Under the pieces are notes generated by a model. That model saw nothing but the letters and a program-made list of their open reading frames with translations, ran no database searches and was not told where the DNA came from. Source: Octopus bimaculoides (lineage: Eukaryota). From it: a DNA stretch of 64,000 nucleotides. Made by a program: the position numbers and the translations under genes. The stretch covers positions 41,912,329 through 41,976,328 of the forward strand of contig NC_068982.1 in assembly GCF_001194135.2 (NCBI RefSeq), in the 5' to 3' direction. This document shows, in pieces, positions 62,046 to 64,000 of this stretch (position 1 is the stretch's first letter; each line of letters begins with the position of its first letter).

Positions 62046-62299
62046 CTACAATAAAAAAGATATTATCAGTTGGCTTTTTAATAAACAGTGGAATATTTGA
62101 AGGTATCAAAATTATGAAAGTTAAAATTATGGAGAGGTAATTATTATCATCATAGAAAAGCTATTTTGAATATCTGTTCCAACTTCCTCTCACTCGTTCT
62201 CTCTCTATCGTTTCCCTTCTCTCTATTTCTCTTGCTCTCTTGATGCACCATACCTACAGGCGTCAGAAATCATAGACATCAATGCCTTTTAGTTCCCTA

Positions 62300-62620
62300 C
62301 ACAACTAAGCACCGTATTTTGCCCGTTTTTCTGAAAGCCAGCTGGTAAGACCATCGAATATCTCCACCTCTCTCTCTTCCCTGGTTTCTTCTACCTTTCA
62401 GTTTCCTAGCTGTCACCAAGTGTTCAAGGCTTTTTCTTCTCACTTAGTGTCCAAAGAACTAAGTTTTTTGTCTCCTTATATTATTGAAAATCTTTCTTGT
62501 GGTCTTTGCTTGTCAAAGGAACTCGGTTTTTGTCACTCTATTCACATAGAACATCTTCAGTATTCTTCTAAAGAACCATATCTCTGTAGCTGTTTGTTGA
62601 TTGACAGAATAATTAGAGCG
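62300..62620 (-). mobile_element. RTE/Bov-B-like LINE C-terminal fragment
   Basis: Minus-strand ATEIWFFRRILK...NRVT...FFGH...LEHLVT..KLKGRRNQGR. Confidence 0.7.
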
Positions 62621-62639
62621 TCGGACAAACACCTAGCAG

Positions 62640-62990
62640 TAATTGTTTTGGCTCCTCTGTCCCAACCCACATCCTAGATTGCATAGAAAAATCGAAAACA
62701 AAAAGAAAACCATCCGACTCATTGACAAAAGCTCATTCCCTAAGATACTAAAATCTCTCCTTCACTTAGATACAGTGTGTCCTAATTCTCTGTACCTATT
62801 ACACCGCATCTGCAGCAACTTCTGTTCCTCAGAACTAGCCAGTTGCATATAGCCTTCATCGAAGTCCATAAGCACACCTGTCTCTCTTCGCATTTTCCTT
62901 AAGCTTCCTCCATACAGGCATCGCACCCAATTCTTACTTCTCCAGATGTCAACCCTCCATCTAGAATTTCTTCTGAGCTCCTGTGTTTTT
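62640..62990 (+). mobile_element. CR1-group LINE C-terminal fragment
   Basis: Degenerate ...EK..KTIRLID...SLYLL.R....CSSELASCI, typical of the CR1/Crack-like 3' coding end. Confidence 0.55.
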
Positions 62991-64000
62991 GTTTCCTTCT
63001 TACATCGATTTACAGATGTTTATAATTGAACATCAAACGCAGTAAATAATCGGAGGAAGTTCTGTGAAGGACATAGGCACGGTTTCTTCTTAAATAAACC
63101 ATAAATAACCAGAACATCAAATACAGATAATGCAGGAACTATGAGAAGGATCACTATTAAGTTGTTGAGCATTCCAGTTGTTATTGAACACCAGGTCAAC
63201 CTCGACTATGTAAAAGAACGTGGCCTAATGGTTAAGGTATTGTATTTATGATCACAAGGCCGCGGATTCGATTCCCAGGCCGGGCGGTACGTTGTGTTCT
63301 TGAGCAAAATACTTAATTTCATGTTGCTTCAGTCCACTAAGCTGTAAATAGGTGACCCATATAGGCGTGACTCTGTGGTCAAAAGTCTGCATCCCAACCA
63401 CACGGTTCCAGATTCAATCTCACTGCGTAGCATCTTAGGTCAAAGCCTTGTGAGTGAATTTGGTAGACGAACACTGAAATAAGCCTGTCGTATATACGTG
63501 CATGCATACATACATACGTTCGTACATACATGCATGTGTATGTGTGTGAATCTATGTATTTGTGTTTATCCCCAGCTACCACCTGACAACCAGAATTGAT
63601 TTGTTAACGTCCTCGTAACTTAACAGTTCGGCAAAAGGGTCCGATAGAATAAGTACTTGGCTTAAGAAAAATAAGTACTGGGGACGTTCGATTGCAGCCA
63701 TGCTGTGGTTCCCCAGCATGGCTGCAGTCCAAAAAACTGAAATAGCAAAATAAAAGCATATATAACCAACTGGCACTCCATCGGTTACGACGACGAGGGT
63801 TCCAGTTGATCCGATCAGCGGAATAGCCTGTTCGCGAAATTAACGTGCAGAGTGGCTGAGCATTCCACAGACACGCGTACCCTTAACGTTGTTCTTAGGG
63901 AGATTCAGCGTGACACGGAATGTGACAAGGCTGGCCCTTTGAAATACAGGTACTATACATTTTTCTAGCTGAGTGGACTACAGCAACATGAAATAAGTCT

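Overview
AT-rich, repeat-dense animal genomic DNA with assembly gaps. The SINE/RTE repertoire looks like a coleoid cephalopod, most probably Octopus (recognised from memory, not verified by search). Three host genes are supported. (1) Coding exon 1 of jagunal/JAGN1 on the minus strand at 18.3 kb; its remaining exons are not found in the window. (2) A complete 7-exon, 295-aa biliverdin reductase A-like gene on the plus strand (25445-46335), assembled by hand with consistent splice phases. It keeps the NAD(P)H-binding N-terminus but appears to lack residues considered catalytic in vertebrate BVR-A. (3) The last two ligand-binding-domain exons of an NR2E (PNR/TLX-type) nuclear receptor on the minus strand (59.7-62.0 kb). 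There is also an unassigned TATA-driven minus-strand first exon at 24.7-24.9 kb and an orphan 84-nt coding-like exon at 2.5 kb. The rest is a transposon graveyard: several tRNA-headed SINE families, RTE/Rex3/CR1 LINE fragments, a decayed Gypsy with PPT and 3' LTR, a decayed Penelope-like element, mariner and Merlin fragments, and hAT and piggyBac-type MITEs. The most unusual structure is a 504-bp insertion in BLVRA-like intron 5. It has a tRNA-like Pol III head flanked by long inverted arms, each carrying a minimal type I hammerhead ribozyme, and is bounded by an exact 11-bp target-site duplication. It is a candidate ribozyme-bearing SINE mobilised by Penelope-like elements.
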